Origin: Desulfobacterales bacterium
GTDB taxonomy: Bacteria > Desulfobacterota > Desulfobacteria > Desulfobacterales > UBA5852
Assembly: GCA_030065275.1 (NCBI GenBank)
Contig: JASJCV010000006.1
Location: forward strand, 1 to 44,092
Direction: 5' to 3'
DNA: 44,092 nucleotides
Positions 18,864 through 28,345 of this stretch are shown one piece after another. The first letter of the stretch is position 1; each line of letters begins with the position of its first letter. A program made the translations under genes and the position numbers. Below the pieces are notes generated by a model. That model had not been told where the DNA came from, searched no databases, and saw nothing but the letters and a program-made list of their open reading frames with translations.

Positions 18864-18983
18864 GGGTTCGCTCTCCGCAGCAGGCGTATCGTGACCGGGC
18901 CGCCGGAAATGAATTGTCTCATAGCCGAGTTGCCGGATTTTGGCAATGGAGGGCGTTCAACGCAGGCAGGTTGCATCCGGCCG

Positions 18984-20831
18984 TCAGGCGCCGAAGGTTC
19001 TTTCGGCCGTTTCCATGATGGCGGTGGCGTCTGCCTGCATGATGCTTTTGATCTTGCCGATGGTGACGGGCAGGGTCGTGGATATAAAATAGGCGGCCGT
19101 TTTGATCTGTCCGTCCAGAAAGGCCGCTTCACCATTGGCAGCGATGATCCGGGCCGCATCGGGCGCCTGCTTTGTCAGCGCCTGCAGGCGGGGGTGGGCG
19201 CAGGCGGCCCTCTCGAGCAGCATCCAGGCCAAGATGATATCACCCGTGACATCGAGAAAGGGGTGGGCCTGGGTAAAGGCCAGCTTGACATCGGCTCCCC
19301 GGGAGCGTTTACTGAGGTAAACCGCGACCTCACCGTAGCGGTTCAGGGCGGCTTCGAGCTTTTCGCCCAGCGCCCGCAGGTCCTCGATCTTTTCGGTCTT
19401 CTCGATACCGGCGCGTACGGTCTGCATAAAGAACATGAAGATTTCGCCCTTGCGCAAACCGATTTTGCGGCCCAGCAGATCCATGGCCTGGATGCCGTTG
19501 GTACCTTCGTAGATGGTGGTGATCTTGCAGTCGCGCACGAGCTGTTCGATGGGGTACGCCTTGGTATACCCGTAACCGCCGAAGACATTCATCGCCAGAT
19601 CGCATACTTCCATGCCGCGTTCGGAACAATAGGCTTTCACCACGGGTGTCAAAAACGCTATCAGGCCGCCGTAACGGTCGCGCTCCTCGGTGTCGGTCGC
19701 GGTGGCTTCCAGATCGAAAAGGTGGGCCACATAGAAGGTAAAGCTGCGCATGCCGTCCACGAGGGATTTCATGCGCATGAGCATTCGCCGGACGTCCGGG
19801 TGGCGAATGATGGGAACCGGGTCATCTGCCGGGTTGCCGGGCGCGAGGTCCTGTCCCTGGAGGCGGGACCGGGCGTATTCGGCCGCGTACAGATAGGCCG
19901 CCGAGCCCTGCAGGAACCCCTGTTGGCCGACTTCCAGCCGGGCCGCGTTCATCATTTGGAACATGATGGGCATGCCCTGGTTCTCGGCCCCCAGCAGCAG
20001 GCCGCGGCAGGGGCCGCCGGCCCCCAGGGACATGCTGCAGGTCGGACTGGCGTGCAGCCCCATTTTTTCTTCGATACCGGTGCAGGCGATATGGTTGGGT
20101 TCTCCCAGGGTCCCGTCGGGGTTGACCCAGATTTTGGGCACCAGGAAGATCGAGATGCCTTTGCTGCCCTCAGGTGCGCCCTCGACCCGTGCCAGGACCG
20201 GATGGATGATATTGGGGGTGAGGTCGTGGTCGCCGCAGGTGATGAAAATTTTATTTCCCTCGAGGTTGTAGGTGCCATCCGCGTTTCTGACCGCCGTGGT
20301 CGTGAGGGCCCCCACATCGGATCCGGCCCCGGGTTCCGTCAGCAGCATGCTGCCGGCCCACTCGCCCGAGTAGAGCTTGGTCAGAAAAAGCGTTTTCTGC
20401 CGCTCGCTGCCGAAGCGTTCGATCAGCTTGCCGGTGCCGTGCCCCAGGATGCCGAAAGCGGCGAAGCTGAAGTTGGCCCCGGTGAGGTAATCCCGCGCCG
20501 CCTGGGAAACGACCTGCGGCAGCCCCTGGCCGCCGAGTTCCACGGCTTCCGCCATGGCCAGCCAGTCGCCTTCGCGGTAGTGGCGGTAGGCCCGGTGAAA
20601 GCAAGCCGGAACCCGCACCTGGCCGTTCTCGTAGCGGACGCCTTCACGATCGCCGGCGGCGTGGGTGGGCAGGATTTCCTTTATGCTGAACTGGCGTGCC
20701 GCGTCGATAACCATGTCGGCCAGCGGCCTGCTGATCTCTCGATAGCGCTCGGTCTTGAAAAGGCTGTCGATGCCGAGCTGATCGTAGAGAACGAAGTCGA
20801 TATCGCGACGATCGGCGATCAGTTGTGCCAT
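18984..20831 (-). CDS. Long-form acyl-CoA dehydrogenase (about 615 aa, with a C-terminal extension domain)
   Basis: ORF trimmed to the ATG at 20831 (MAQLIADRRDIDF). ACAD core with LTEPGAGSD and a C-terminal catalytic-Glu motif IYEGTNGIQ, followed by an extra helical domain of about 170 aa. Confidence 0.85.
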   Translation of the reverse strand: MAQLIADRRDIDFVLYDQLGIDSLFKTERYREISRPLADMVIDAARQFSIKEILPTHAAGDREGVRYENGQVRVPACFHRAYRHYREGDWLAMAEAVELGGQGLPQVVSQAARDYLTGANFSFAAFGILGHGTGKLIERFGSERQKTLFLTKLYSGEWAGSMLLTEPGAGSDVGALTTTAVRNADGTYNLEGNKIFITCGDHDLTPNIIHPVLARVEGAPEGSKGISIFLVPKIWVNPDGTLGEPNHIACTGIEEKMGLHASPTCSMSLGAGGPCRGLLLGAENQGMPIMFQMMNAARLEVGQQGFLQGSAAYLYAAEYARSRLQGQDLAPGNPADDPVPIIRHPDVRRMLMRMKSLVDGMRSFTFYVAHLFDLEATATDTEERDRYGGLIAFLTPVVKAYCSERGMEVCDLAMNVFGGYGYTKAYPIEQLVRDCKITTIYEGTNGIQAMDLLGRKIGLRKGEIFMFFMQTVRAGIEKTEKIEDLRALGEKLEAALNRYGEVAVYLSKRSRGADVKLAFTQAHPFLDVTGDIILAWMLLERAACAHPRLQALTKQAPDAARIIAANGEAAFLDGQIKTAAYFISTTLPVTIGKIKSIMQADATAIMETAERTFGA

Positions 20832-21169
20832 GCGCGGGGCCCTTTGCGGTTTCCTGTCTGCTGACGCGACGGCCGTCACCTTTTGAAGGGGCGGTGGTCG
20901 TTGATTTTCATGATGGGGGGTGCCGGTGATGTCCGGAACCAGCATTCCACAGGCGACAAAGGCAGGTATTCATAATTAAATCTATGTGATTGTTTAGAAA
21001 ATCGACAGCAGCTTGTCAAGGTTTCCCCGGGACGCCAATCGGAAGGGCCGGCCCGGGCGTCGTTTTGCCGGAAAACCCGGCTTCCATCGGGTCCCGGACA
21101 CAGGAACGAGGGCACGTCGGACGTTCTTGTTGAGTTCAATTCAACGCTATAAACCGATCTGATTTTTGG

Positions 21170-21228
21170 TTGACTTGGGGCCCTGGGGCCGATATGTAAA
21201 CTACATTCGCAATTTGAATCATATTCAA
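21170..21228 (+). promoter_or_regulatory. Candidate promoter and palindromic operator upstream of the tandem ACAD genes
   Basis: TTGACT (21170-21175), a 17-nt spacer, then TATGTA (21193-21198; weak -10). Palindrome TTGAAT-CAT-ATTCAA at 21214-21228. Confidence 0.3.
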
Positions 21229-21270
21229 AATACGAATCACTTATAGGTCGGCATGTTTCGAGGAAGGGTC

Positions 21271-22413
21271 ATGGACTTCGCCTTTACCCGCGAGCAGCTG
21301 ATGTTCAAGCAGGAAGTGATCCGTTTTGCGCGCAAGGAGATCGTTCCCCGCGTGCAGGATCACGACCTCCGGAGCGCCTTCGATTTCGAATCCTTCCGTA
21401 AACTGGGCTCGTTCGGCATTCTGGGGATGCACTTGCCCGAGGCGCTGGGCGGCGGCGGGGCCGACGTGGTCACCACGGTGCTGGCCGGCGAGGCCCTGGG
21501 CGAGGCCGGTGTCGACGGCGGACTGACGCTGGCCTACGGCGCCCACTCGTTCCTGTGTGCGGACACGATTTTTCGGCACGGCCGTGAAGACCAGCAGCGA
21601 CATTACATCCCCCGGCTGGCCAGCGGTGAATGGATCGGCTGCATGGGACTCTCCGAGCCCGAGGCCGGGTCGGACGTGGCTTCCATGACGACGAGCGCCG
21701 TGCGCCGCGGCGACCGATACATCCTCAACGGCACCAAGATGTGGATCACCAACGGCCCGATCGCCGACGTGGCGGTGGTTTACGCCAAGACCGACCCCGA
21801 CCAGCAGCATGCGGGCATTTCGGCTTTCATCGTCGAAAAGGACACCCCCGGGTTCACGGCCGGGCGCCCGCTGATCAAGATGGGGGTGCGCACTTCCAAG
21901 ACCTCGGAGCTGGTTTTCAAGGACTGCGCCATCCCCACCGCCAACCGCCTGGGAAGCGAGGGCGAGGGTTTTCTCATGGCCATGCAGACGGTGGAATGGG
22001 ACCGCAGCGCGCTTCTGGCCCCTTTCGTGGGCTCGATCACCTACCTGCTCAAAAAATGTGCGGCTTACGCCCGGGGCCGGCGGCAGTTCGGCCGCCCGAT
22101 CGGTCATTTCCAGGCCATCAAGCACAAGCTGGCCGACATCCGTATTTTTGGCGAGGCCGCGCGCGCCCTGGTCTACCGGATTGCCTGGTGCAAGGACCAG
22201 GGACGACCCCTGAACCACCTGGAGGCGGCGGTGGCCAAACTGTTTATCGGCGACTGGAGTCTGCCGGTCACCAACGACGCCGTGACCTTGCATGGGGGGT
22301 ATGGCTACACGCATGAATTCGATGTCGAGCGTATCTTCCGGGACACGCGCCTGGCACCGATCGGCGGCGGCACCTCCGAGATCCAGAAGATGATCATTTC
22401 ACGCCTGATTTAG
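21271..22413 (+). CDS. Acyl-CoA dehydrogenase
   Basis: ATG at 21271 follows AGGAAGG; an alternative ATG is at 21253. Motifs GLSEPEAGSD, WITNG and a C-terminal IGGGTSEIQ. Confidence 0.85.
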   Translation: MDFAFTREQLMFKQEVIRFARKEIVPRVQDHDLRSAFDFESFRKLGSFGILGMHLPEALGGGGADVVTTVLAGEALGEAGVDGGLTLAYGAHSFLCADTIFRHGREDQQRHYIPRLASGEWIGCMGLSEPEAGSDVASMTTSAVRRGDRYILNGTKMWITNGPIADVAVVYAKTDPDQQHAGISAFIVEKDTPGFTAGRPLIKMGVRTSKTSELVFKDCAIPTANRLGSEGEGFLMAMQTVEWDRSALLAPFVGSITYLLKKCAAYARGRRQFGRPIGHFQAIKHKLADIRIFGEAARALVYRIAWCKDQGRPLNHLEAAVAKLFIGDWSLPVTNDAVTLHGGYGYTHEFDVERIFRDTRLAPIGGGTSEIQKMIISRLI

Positions 22414-22459
22414 CATCGGCATCGCGACTGCAAGAAGCTCATGAACATGGTAAGCCAAG

Positions 22460-23587
22460 ATGAATTTTGATTTCACTCCCGAGGATCAGACCCTGCTCGA
22501 CAAGCTGGCCGTCCTGGCCGCCGACCTGCCTGGTGAAGACCAGTTGGCCGCGGACGATATCCTCGAAGCCCGGGCTGGCGCCCTTGGCGTATTGGAACGC
22601 CTGGCCGCGGCGGACTATCTGGCGCTGGGCGTCCGTCCGGCGGATGCCGACAAGGCCGTCGTCTCACTGGCCGCCACAGAGACTCTGGCGGCCGGTGCCC
22701 GCAGCGCCATGCTGATGGCGGCCGTGAGCACCCGGATGCTGGGTCGGGCCGTTGCGGCCTGGGGTGACGAAGGGCAGCAGACCCAGTGGCTGCACCCCCT
22801 GGTGGCGGGGCGTCGGCTGGGAGCGCTGGCACTTTCCGAGACCGGCCTGAATATCGACAACGATCCGCTGAAGACGGCGGCCCGGCGCGAGGGCGATGAC
22901 TTTCGCCTGGGCGGGAAGAAATCCTTCGTGATCAATGCGCCCCTGGCCGATGTCATCGGGGTGGTCGGATTGTTCGAAAAACGCCCGGCCCTCTTTCTGG
23001 TGTCGGGTAAGGCCGAGGGCCTGCGCGTTGGTGCACGGACCCCGACCATGGGGCACGACGCGCTCTGGCTTGCAGACCTTCAGCTTGCAGACACGCGCCT
23101 AGACGCCGCGTCGGTGATCCAATTGCCCGCGGACGTCGATCTCCTGGACCGTCTGCGCCTGTGGGAGAATGAAATCCTGACCGCCCAGGCCCTGGGGCTG
23201 ATGCGGTCGACTTATGAAACCGCGCGGGATTACGCCAAGTCCCATCGCACCGGTGGGAAGCCGATCATTGCCTTTCAGGAAGTCGGGTTTAAACTCGCCG
23301 AGATGCTGACCCTTTACCAGACGGCTCAGCTCCTGGCCTACCGGACCGTGTGGACCGCGGCGGTCGATCCCAAGGCCGCCCGGTCACTGAACTGGTGCGC
23401 CAAGGTCTTCGCCACCGAGGCGGCCGAGGAGGTGGCCGGACACGCCCTGCGCATCCTGGGAAAAGAGGGCGGCCACGCGGGCAGCCAGGCCGCGGCAGCC
23501 TACCGTGCCGTCAAGCTGACCCAGATCGCGGGGACCTCGACCGAGATTGCCCGGGTCAAGATCGGCGATGCGGCGCTGGGGTACTAA
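22460..23587 (+). CDS. Divergent acyl-CoA dehydrogenase family protein
   Basis: 375 aa. ACAD fold is recognisable (ALSETG, FVINA, C-terminal IAGTSTEIA) but weaker than its neighbour. It starts 47 nt after the upstream ACAD. Confidence 0.7.
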   Translation: MNFDFTPEDQTLLDKLAVLAADLPGEDQLAADDILEARAGALGVLERLAAADYLALGVRPADADKAVVSLAATETLAAGARSAMLMAAVSTRMLGRAVAAWGDEGQQTQWLHPLVAGRRLGALALSETGLNIDNDPLKTAARREGDDFRLGGKKSFVINAPLADVIGVVGLFEKRPALFLVSGKAEGLRVGARTPTMGHDALWLADLQLADTRLDAASVIQLPADVDLLDRLRLWENEILTAQALGLMRSTYETARDYAKSHRTGGKPIIAFQEVGFKLAEMLTLYQTAQLLAYRTVWTAAVDPKAARSLNWCAKVFATEAAEEVAGHALRILGKEGGHAGSQAAAAYRAVKLTQIAGTSTEIARVKIGDAALGY

Positions 23588-23656
23588 AGCCGCGTATGTC
23601 TTCCATCATTGGCGGACGTCATGAGCCCGACGATCAATTAGGGTAACACTCCGACG

Positions 23657-24126
23657 TTACTTTTCTTATACGCATAAGGAAAGATGCGTTTGTAGAAAGT
23701 CTTTTGCCGGACGGTTTCGTAAAAGGTTCGAGATCAAGGCTTGCGAATTCCGAGAAATGAGGCGTACTTGCGGTACGCCGCAATGACGAGGGATGAAGCG
23801 CAACGCTGATATCGGACTTTTTACGAGACCGTCGGAAAAGTAACCAAAAGAAGGCGCCAAAGCCCCGCTTAACCCTGCGCGTCGCCAAACCCGGATGATG
23901 AGGCGGCGCCTCATGCCGCCATGCGGCGTTGCAAGGCTTGTTCGGGTGCTCACAATCTTAAGATTGCTGCGCGCCTCACTTCGTGTTGCGCCTTGCCTGA
24001 CAGCATGATGCTTGCCGCATCGTCCGGTTTGTACGAGCGGGTCTTGCGGAAACTCGCTTCGCTCAAACAAGCCGACACGCTTTCATCCGAATCTGCCGCC
24101 GATGCTCGGCGCGGGGCAAAGGGAAC
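23657..24126 (+). repeat. Composite intergenic repeat: hairpin module H + module B + module A, with module C nested inside A
   Basis: 23657-23688 is an H-type hairpin. 23689-23845 matches 28218-28335 and, inverted, 28863-28962. 23836-23886 and 24048-24126 match the two halves of the 29150-29309 and 32292-32460 copies. 23895-24052 matches 660-842. Confidence 0.7.
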
Positions 24127-24179
24127 TTAAAACCGAACATTAAATTCGTTAATGAGTCCTGGGGGGACGGTGCATCGGT

Positions 24180-24935
24180 ATGGCAAAGTCGGTCCAAGAC
24201 GGGATTACACGCATGAGCGTTAATCAAGCCAGAAAACGACGGTCGCCGAAGGGCAAGCCTGAGGCCCCGCTGACCCGCAGCGCCCGACGGCGCCTGCGGG
24301 AGCGGGAACATCGCCTGGAGACGATTCTCGGGGCGGCCGGGTCCCTGTTTGCGGAAGAAGGCTATCACCGCACCGGGATGGAGCGCATTGCCGACGAGGC
24401 CGAGGTTTCGGTGGGGACCGTTTACTTCTACTTCAAGAACAAGGAAGATCTGCTGGTCCAGCTCCTGGATCGCACGGGCTACGAGCTGCGCAGCCTTTTA
24501 GGGGACGCCTTTCGTCATGCGGACGGGACCCTGGAGGGGTTCCGCAACGCGGGCAAGGTTTTCTTCGAAGAGTTCTGCCCGCGGAATCCGGAAAAAATCG
24601 CCCTGATCTTTCGGGAGTCGGCCGGCCAGAGCGCGGTGGTCGAAGCGCACCGCAAGCGGATTTTCGCCAAGCTGATCGACGATCTCAAGGCCGCGCTCAC
24701 CAGCGTGGAGGCCAATCTGGGCGCCTTCCGCAGCGATCTGGCCATCGACGTCATGGCGGCCAGCATCCTGGGGATGTTCGAACGCCTGGCCTACCATTAC
24801 CTGATCTGGCAGGATCGCCGCGGCGATCTCTCTGCGGTCGGCGATGACGCCGTCGACTTCATCGCGGGCGGTATCCGCAACCTGCTGCAGGCGGACCCTG
24901 CCGACGAGGAGAACCTATCCCATGGGCGTGATTGA
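24180..24935 (+). CDS. TetR/AcrR family transcriptional regulator (AtuR/LiuR-like position)
   Basis: 251 aa. HTH region ILGAAGSLFAEEGYHRTGMERIADEAEVSVGTVYFYFKNKEDLL. Its 3' end overlaps the carboxyltransferase start. Confidence 0.85.
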   Translation: MAKSVQDGITRMSVNQARKRRSPKGKPEAPLTRSARRRLREREHRLETILGAAGSLFAEEGYHRTGMERIADEAEVSVGTVYFYFKNKEDLLVQLLDRTGYELRSLLGDAFRHADGTLEGFRNAGKVFFEEFCPRNPEKIALIFRESAGQSAVVEAHRKRIFAKLIDDLKAALTSVEANLGAFRSDLAIDVMAASILGMFERLAYHYLIWQDRRGDLSAVGDDAVDFIAGGIRNLLQADPADEENLSHGRD

Positions 24936-26538
24936 GTCCCGCATCGATATCGGTTCGGAGGATTACCGCAAGAATTTCGAGACCATGGCGGCGAAGGTCG
25001 CGGACCTGCGGGCCGCCCTCAAGCAGGCCCGGGAGGAGCGCTCCGACAAGGCCCGGCAGCGCGTGGCCGAGGTGGGTAAACTGCCGGTGCGCGAGCGGCT
25101 GGACCGGCTGCTCGACCGCAACACGCCGTTCCTGGAGATCGGGGCCCTGGCGGCCAAGGACCTGTACGACGGCAAGGTGCACGGCGCCGGCAGCGTGATC
25201 GGCATCGGCGTGGTGGAGGGCCGTGAGGTCATCGTGAACGCCAACGACCCCATGATCAAGGGCGGCACCATCTATCCCCTGGGGGTCAAGAAGTCCCTGC
25301 GGGCCCAGAAGATCGCCATGGAGAACCGCCTGCCCACCATCTACCTGATCGACTCGGGGGGCGCTTTCCTGCCCATGCAGAGCGAAATCTTCCCGGACGA
25401 GGACGACGGCGGACGCATCTTCTACAACCAGGCCATGATGTCCAAGATGGGCATCCCCCAGATCGCGGCCGTCATGGGCCTGTGCACGGCCGGCGGGGCC
25501 TATATCCCGGCCATGTCCGACGAAGTCGTCCACGTGCGGGGCACGGGCGCCATCTTCCTGGGCGGCCCGCCGCTGGTCCTGGCGGCCACCGGCGAGGAAG
25601 TCACGGCAGATGAACTGGGCGGGGCCGACGTGCACTGCCGGGAGTCGGGTGTGTCGGACTATTACGCCGACAACGACGCCCATGCCATTGCCATCGTGCG
25701 CGAACTGGTGCGCAACCTGCCGGCCGCCGAAAAAACCCGCCTGAGCATGCGTGACCCGGTGCCACCGGTTTACGACCCGCAGGAGATCTACGGTGTTGTC
25801 AGCCGCGACCTCAAAACGGCTTACGACGTCCGGGAAATTATTGCCCGTGTCGTCGACGCCAGCGAATTCACCGAGTTCAAAGCCCTCTACGGGACGACCC
25901 TTGTGTGCGGCTTCGCCCACATCCACGGCTACCCCGTAGGCATTCTCGGCAACAATGGCATCCTGTTTTCCGAGAGCGCACTCAAGGCCACCCAGTTCAT
26001 CCAGATCTGCGACCGGCGGCGCATCCCGCTGGTTTTTCTGCAGAACATCAACGGCTACATCATCGGGCGCGCGTACGAGCGGCGCGGCATCACCAAGGAC
26101 GGCCACAAGATGGTCAACGCCGTGGCCACGGCCAGCGTGCCCAAGTTTACGGTCATGACCGGCGCCTCCTTCGGCGCGGGCAACTACGGCATGTGCGGCC
26201 GGGCTTACAGCCCGCGCTTCCTGTGGACCTGGCCCAACGCCGAAATCGGCGTCATGGGCGGCGAGCAGGCCGCCGACGTCCTGGTGACGGTCAAGAACGA
26301 CCAACTGGCCCGCGCCGGCAGCCCGCCCATGGGAGCCGAAGCGGTCGAAGCCATCAAGGGACCCATTGTGGAGGCGGCCCGCAAGGAGAGCAACGCCTAC
26401 TACAGCACCGCCAATCTCTGGGACGACGGGATCATCGACCCGGCCCAGACCCGCAACTTTCTGGGACTCTCGATTTCAGCCGCCCTGAACGCCCCTATCC
26501 GGGATGACGTTGCCGGATTCGGGATTTTCCGGATGTAA
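24922..26538 (+). CDS. Acyl-CoA carboxylase carboxyltransferase (beta) subunit, methylcrotonyl-/geranyl-CoA carboxylase type
   Basis: ORF trimmed to the ATG at 24922, after GAGGAG. 538 aa. N-terminus KLPVRERLDRLLDRNTPFLEIGALAAKDLY and overall length are typical of MCCase/GCCase beta subunits. Confidence 0.88.
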   Translation: MGVIESRIDIGSEDYRKNFETMAAKVADLRAALKQAREERSDKARQRVAEVGKLPVRERLDRLLDRNTPFLEIGALAAKDLYDGKVHGAGSVIGIGVVEGREVIVNANDPMIKGGTIYPLGVKKSLRAQKIAMENRLPTIYLIDSGGAFLPMQSEIFPDEDDGGRIFYNQAMMSKMGIPQIAAVMGLCTAGGAYIPAMSDEVVHVRGTGAIFLGGPPLVLAATGEEVTADELGGADVHCRESGVSDYYADNDAHAIAIVRELVRNLPAAEKTRLSMRDPVPPVYDPQEIYGVVSRDLKTAYDVREIIARVVDASEFTEFKALYGTTLVCGFAHIHGYPVGILGNNGILFSESALKATQFIQICDRRRIPLVFLQNINGYIIGRAYERRGITKDGHKMVNAVATASVPKFTVMTGASFGAGNYGMCGRAYSPRFLWTWPNAEIGVMGGEQAADVLVTVKNDQLARAGSPPMGAEAVEAIKGPIVEAARKESNAYYSTANLWDDGIIDPAQTRNFLGLSISAALNAPIRDDVAGFGIFRM

Positions 26539-26610
26539 GTGCAATGAGGGCAACCTGGTTTGGGACCGGGCCCCTTCGATCGAAATCCCCTGCAGAGGAA
26601 AGCTGAGCCC

Positions 26611-28101
26611 ATGTTCAAACGCATTCTGATTGCCAATCGAGGCGAAATTGCCTGCCGGATCATGGCGACCTGCCGGGAAATGGGGATCGAAACCGTGGCC
26701 GTGTACTCTACCGTCGACGCGACCGCCGCCCATGTCCTTGCGGCTGACCGGGCGGTCCCGCTGGGAGCGGATGAGCCCGCCGCCAGTTATCTCAATCAGG
26801 ATCGGATCATGGCCGCCGCCCGCGAAACGCAAGCCGAGGCCATCCATCCCGGCTACGGTTTCCTGGCCGAAAACCATGTCTTCGCCGCGCGCTGTGAAGA
26901 CGAAGACGTGACCTTCATCGGGCCGCCGGCCGCCGCCATCCGCGATCTGGGTGACAAGACCGTGGCCCGGCAAATGATGATGGACAGCGGTGTGCCGGTC
27001 ATTCCCGGTCTGCAGCACGCCGAAACCGATCCCCGCAAACTGGCGGACGAAGCGGCGCGCATCGGCTACCCGGTGCTGATCAAGGCCGCCGCCGGTGGGG
27101 GCGGCAAGGGCATGCGCGTGGTGGCTTCCGCCGAGGCGCTTGGTGAAGCGGCCGAGGCCGCCGGCCGGGAGGCGGCCGCCGCGTTTGGCAGTGGTGCCAT
27201 CTATATCGAAAAATACCTTGCCCGGGCCCGGCACGTCGAGTTCCAGATCATGGCCGATACACATGGGGAATGCATCCACCTGCTCGAGCGGGAGTGCTCC
27301 ATCCAGCGGCGCCACCAGAAAATCATCGAGGAGACGCCCTCGACGGCGCTCACTCCGACCCTGCGGGCGGAAATGGGCGCAGCCGCCGTGCGGGCCGCCC
27401 GGGCCGCCGGCTATGTCAATGCGGGCACGGTTGAATTCCTGCTGGATCCGGATGGGCGCTTTTACTTCCTGGAGGTCAACACCCGCCTGCAGGTCGAACA
27501 TCCGATCACGGAAATGGTGACCGGCATCGACATGGTGCGCGAGCAGATCAGGATTGCCGCCGGGCTGCCGCTGGCCTATGCCCAGGCCGACATCGCCGGG
27601 CGGGGCCACGCCATCGAGTGCCGGATCTACGCCGAGGACCCCCATAACGATTTTCTTCCCGCTCCCGGGCCGATCGACTATCTAAGAACCCCCGAGGGCC
27701 CGGGGATCCGGGTCGATTCTGGAATTTATGCCGGGGGGCAGGTGCCGATGGAATACGATCCGATTCTGGCCAAGCTCATCGTCCAGGCCGAAGACCGGGC
27801 GGCGGCCATCGCCCGCATGCGCCGGGCATTGACCGCGTATGTGATCCTGGGGGTCAAGACCCCCATCGCCTATCTTCGCGATGTCCTGGACCACGAAGCC
27901 TTTCGTGCCGGCGCGACCTTCACTGACTTCATTCCCCGGCACATGGCGGGGTGGTCCCCCGCGGACCATGCTCCCGAAATGGCGGCCCTGGCCTACATCG
28001 CCGACGACCTCGCCGGTGGCGTCGGCCGGGTGGACCGCCAGTCCACTGAGCCCGCGGGGGGGGGCACGCCCTGGCAGACCTTGGGGGCCTGGCGGCCGTG
28101 A
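26611..28101 (+). CDS. Biotin carboxylase (alpha subunit N-terminal part: BC domain plus the start of the linker; no BCCP domain)
   Basis: ORF trimmed to the ATG at 26611 (MFKRILIANRGEIACRI). Motifs GGGGKGMRVV and LEVNTRLQVEHPITE. It ends ...TPWQTLGAWRP-stop, about 50 aa past the BC domain. Confidence 0.9.
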   Translation: MFKRILIANRGEIACRIMATCREMGIETVAVYSTVDATAAHVLAADRAVPLGADEPAASYLNQDRIMAAARETQAEAIHPGYGFLAENHVFAARCEDEDVTFIGPPAAAIRDLGDKTVARQMMMDSGVPVIPGLQHAETDPRKLADEAARIGYPVLIKAAAGGGGKGMRVVASAEALGEAAEAAGREAAAAFGSGAIYIEKYLARARHVEFQIMADTHGECIHLLERECSIQRRHQKIIEETPSTALTPTLRAEMGAAAVRAARAAGYVNAGTVEFLLDPDGRFYFLEVNTRLQVEHPITEMVTGIDMVREQIRIAAGLPLAYAQADIAGRGHAIECRIYAEDPHNDFLPAPGPIDYLRTPEGPGIRVDSGIYAGGQVPMEYDPILAKLIVQAEDRAAAIARMRRALTAYVILGVKTPIAYLRDVLDHEAFRAGATFTDFIPRHMAGWSPADHAPEMAALAYIADDLAGGVGRVDRQSTEPAGGGTPWQTLGAWRP

Positions 28102-28184
28102 TTTAGATCGAAACCCTCCGCTACGGTTGGAGGCGCCGGAACGTTACGGTCAATTCTAGTGATCGTCATGTCTTTACCGATTGG

Positions 28185-28335
28185 TTCATTTTCTTCCGCG
28201 TGGAAGAAAAGATAAAGTTGTAAAAAGTCCGCTTTGGGACGGTTTTGTAAAAAGTTCGAGATACGGCTTGCGCCTTCCGAGGAATGAACCCTAACGTCGC
28301 TATCGGACGTTTGGCGAGACCGTCAAGGGAACAGG
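28185..28335 (+). repeat. Repeat copy (H hairpin + module B with a central deletion) lying between the BC and BCCP genes
   Basis: Perfect 9-bp hairpin TTTTCTTCC-gcgt-GGAAGAAAA at 28189-28210. 28218-28335 aligns with 23689-23845 but lacks the GGCGTAC hairpin core. Confidence 0.65.
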
Positions 28336-28345
28336 AGTTAAAGCC

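Noticed and set aside
17931-20864. A 977-aa plus-strand ORF, the longest in the track.
   Set aside because: It runs antisense to alr and to the long acyl-CoA dehydrogenase, both of which have strong family motifs. Its translation is Gly/Ala/Arg/His-rich with no recognisable domain. It is a typical high-GC shadow ORF.
24127-24179. Candidate TetR operator (aaccgaacattaaattcgtt) upstream of the TetR gene.
   Set aside because: Only a 4-bp CGAA/TTCG inverted repeat holds up when paired position by position, which is too weak to call.
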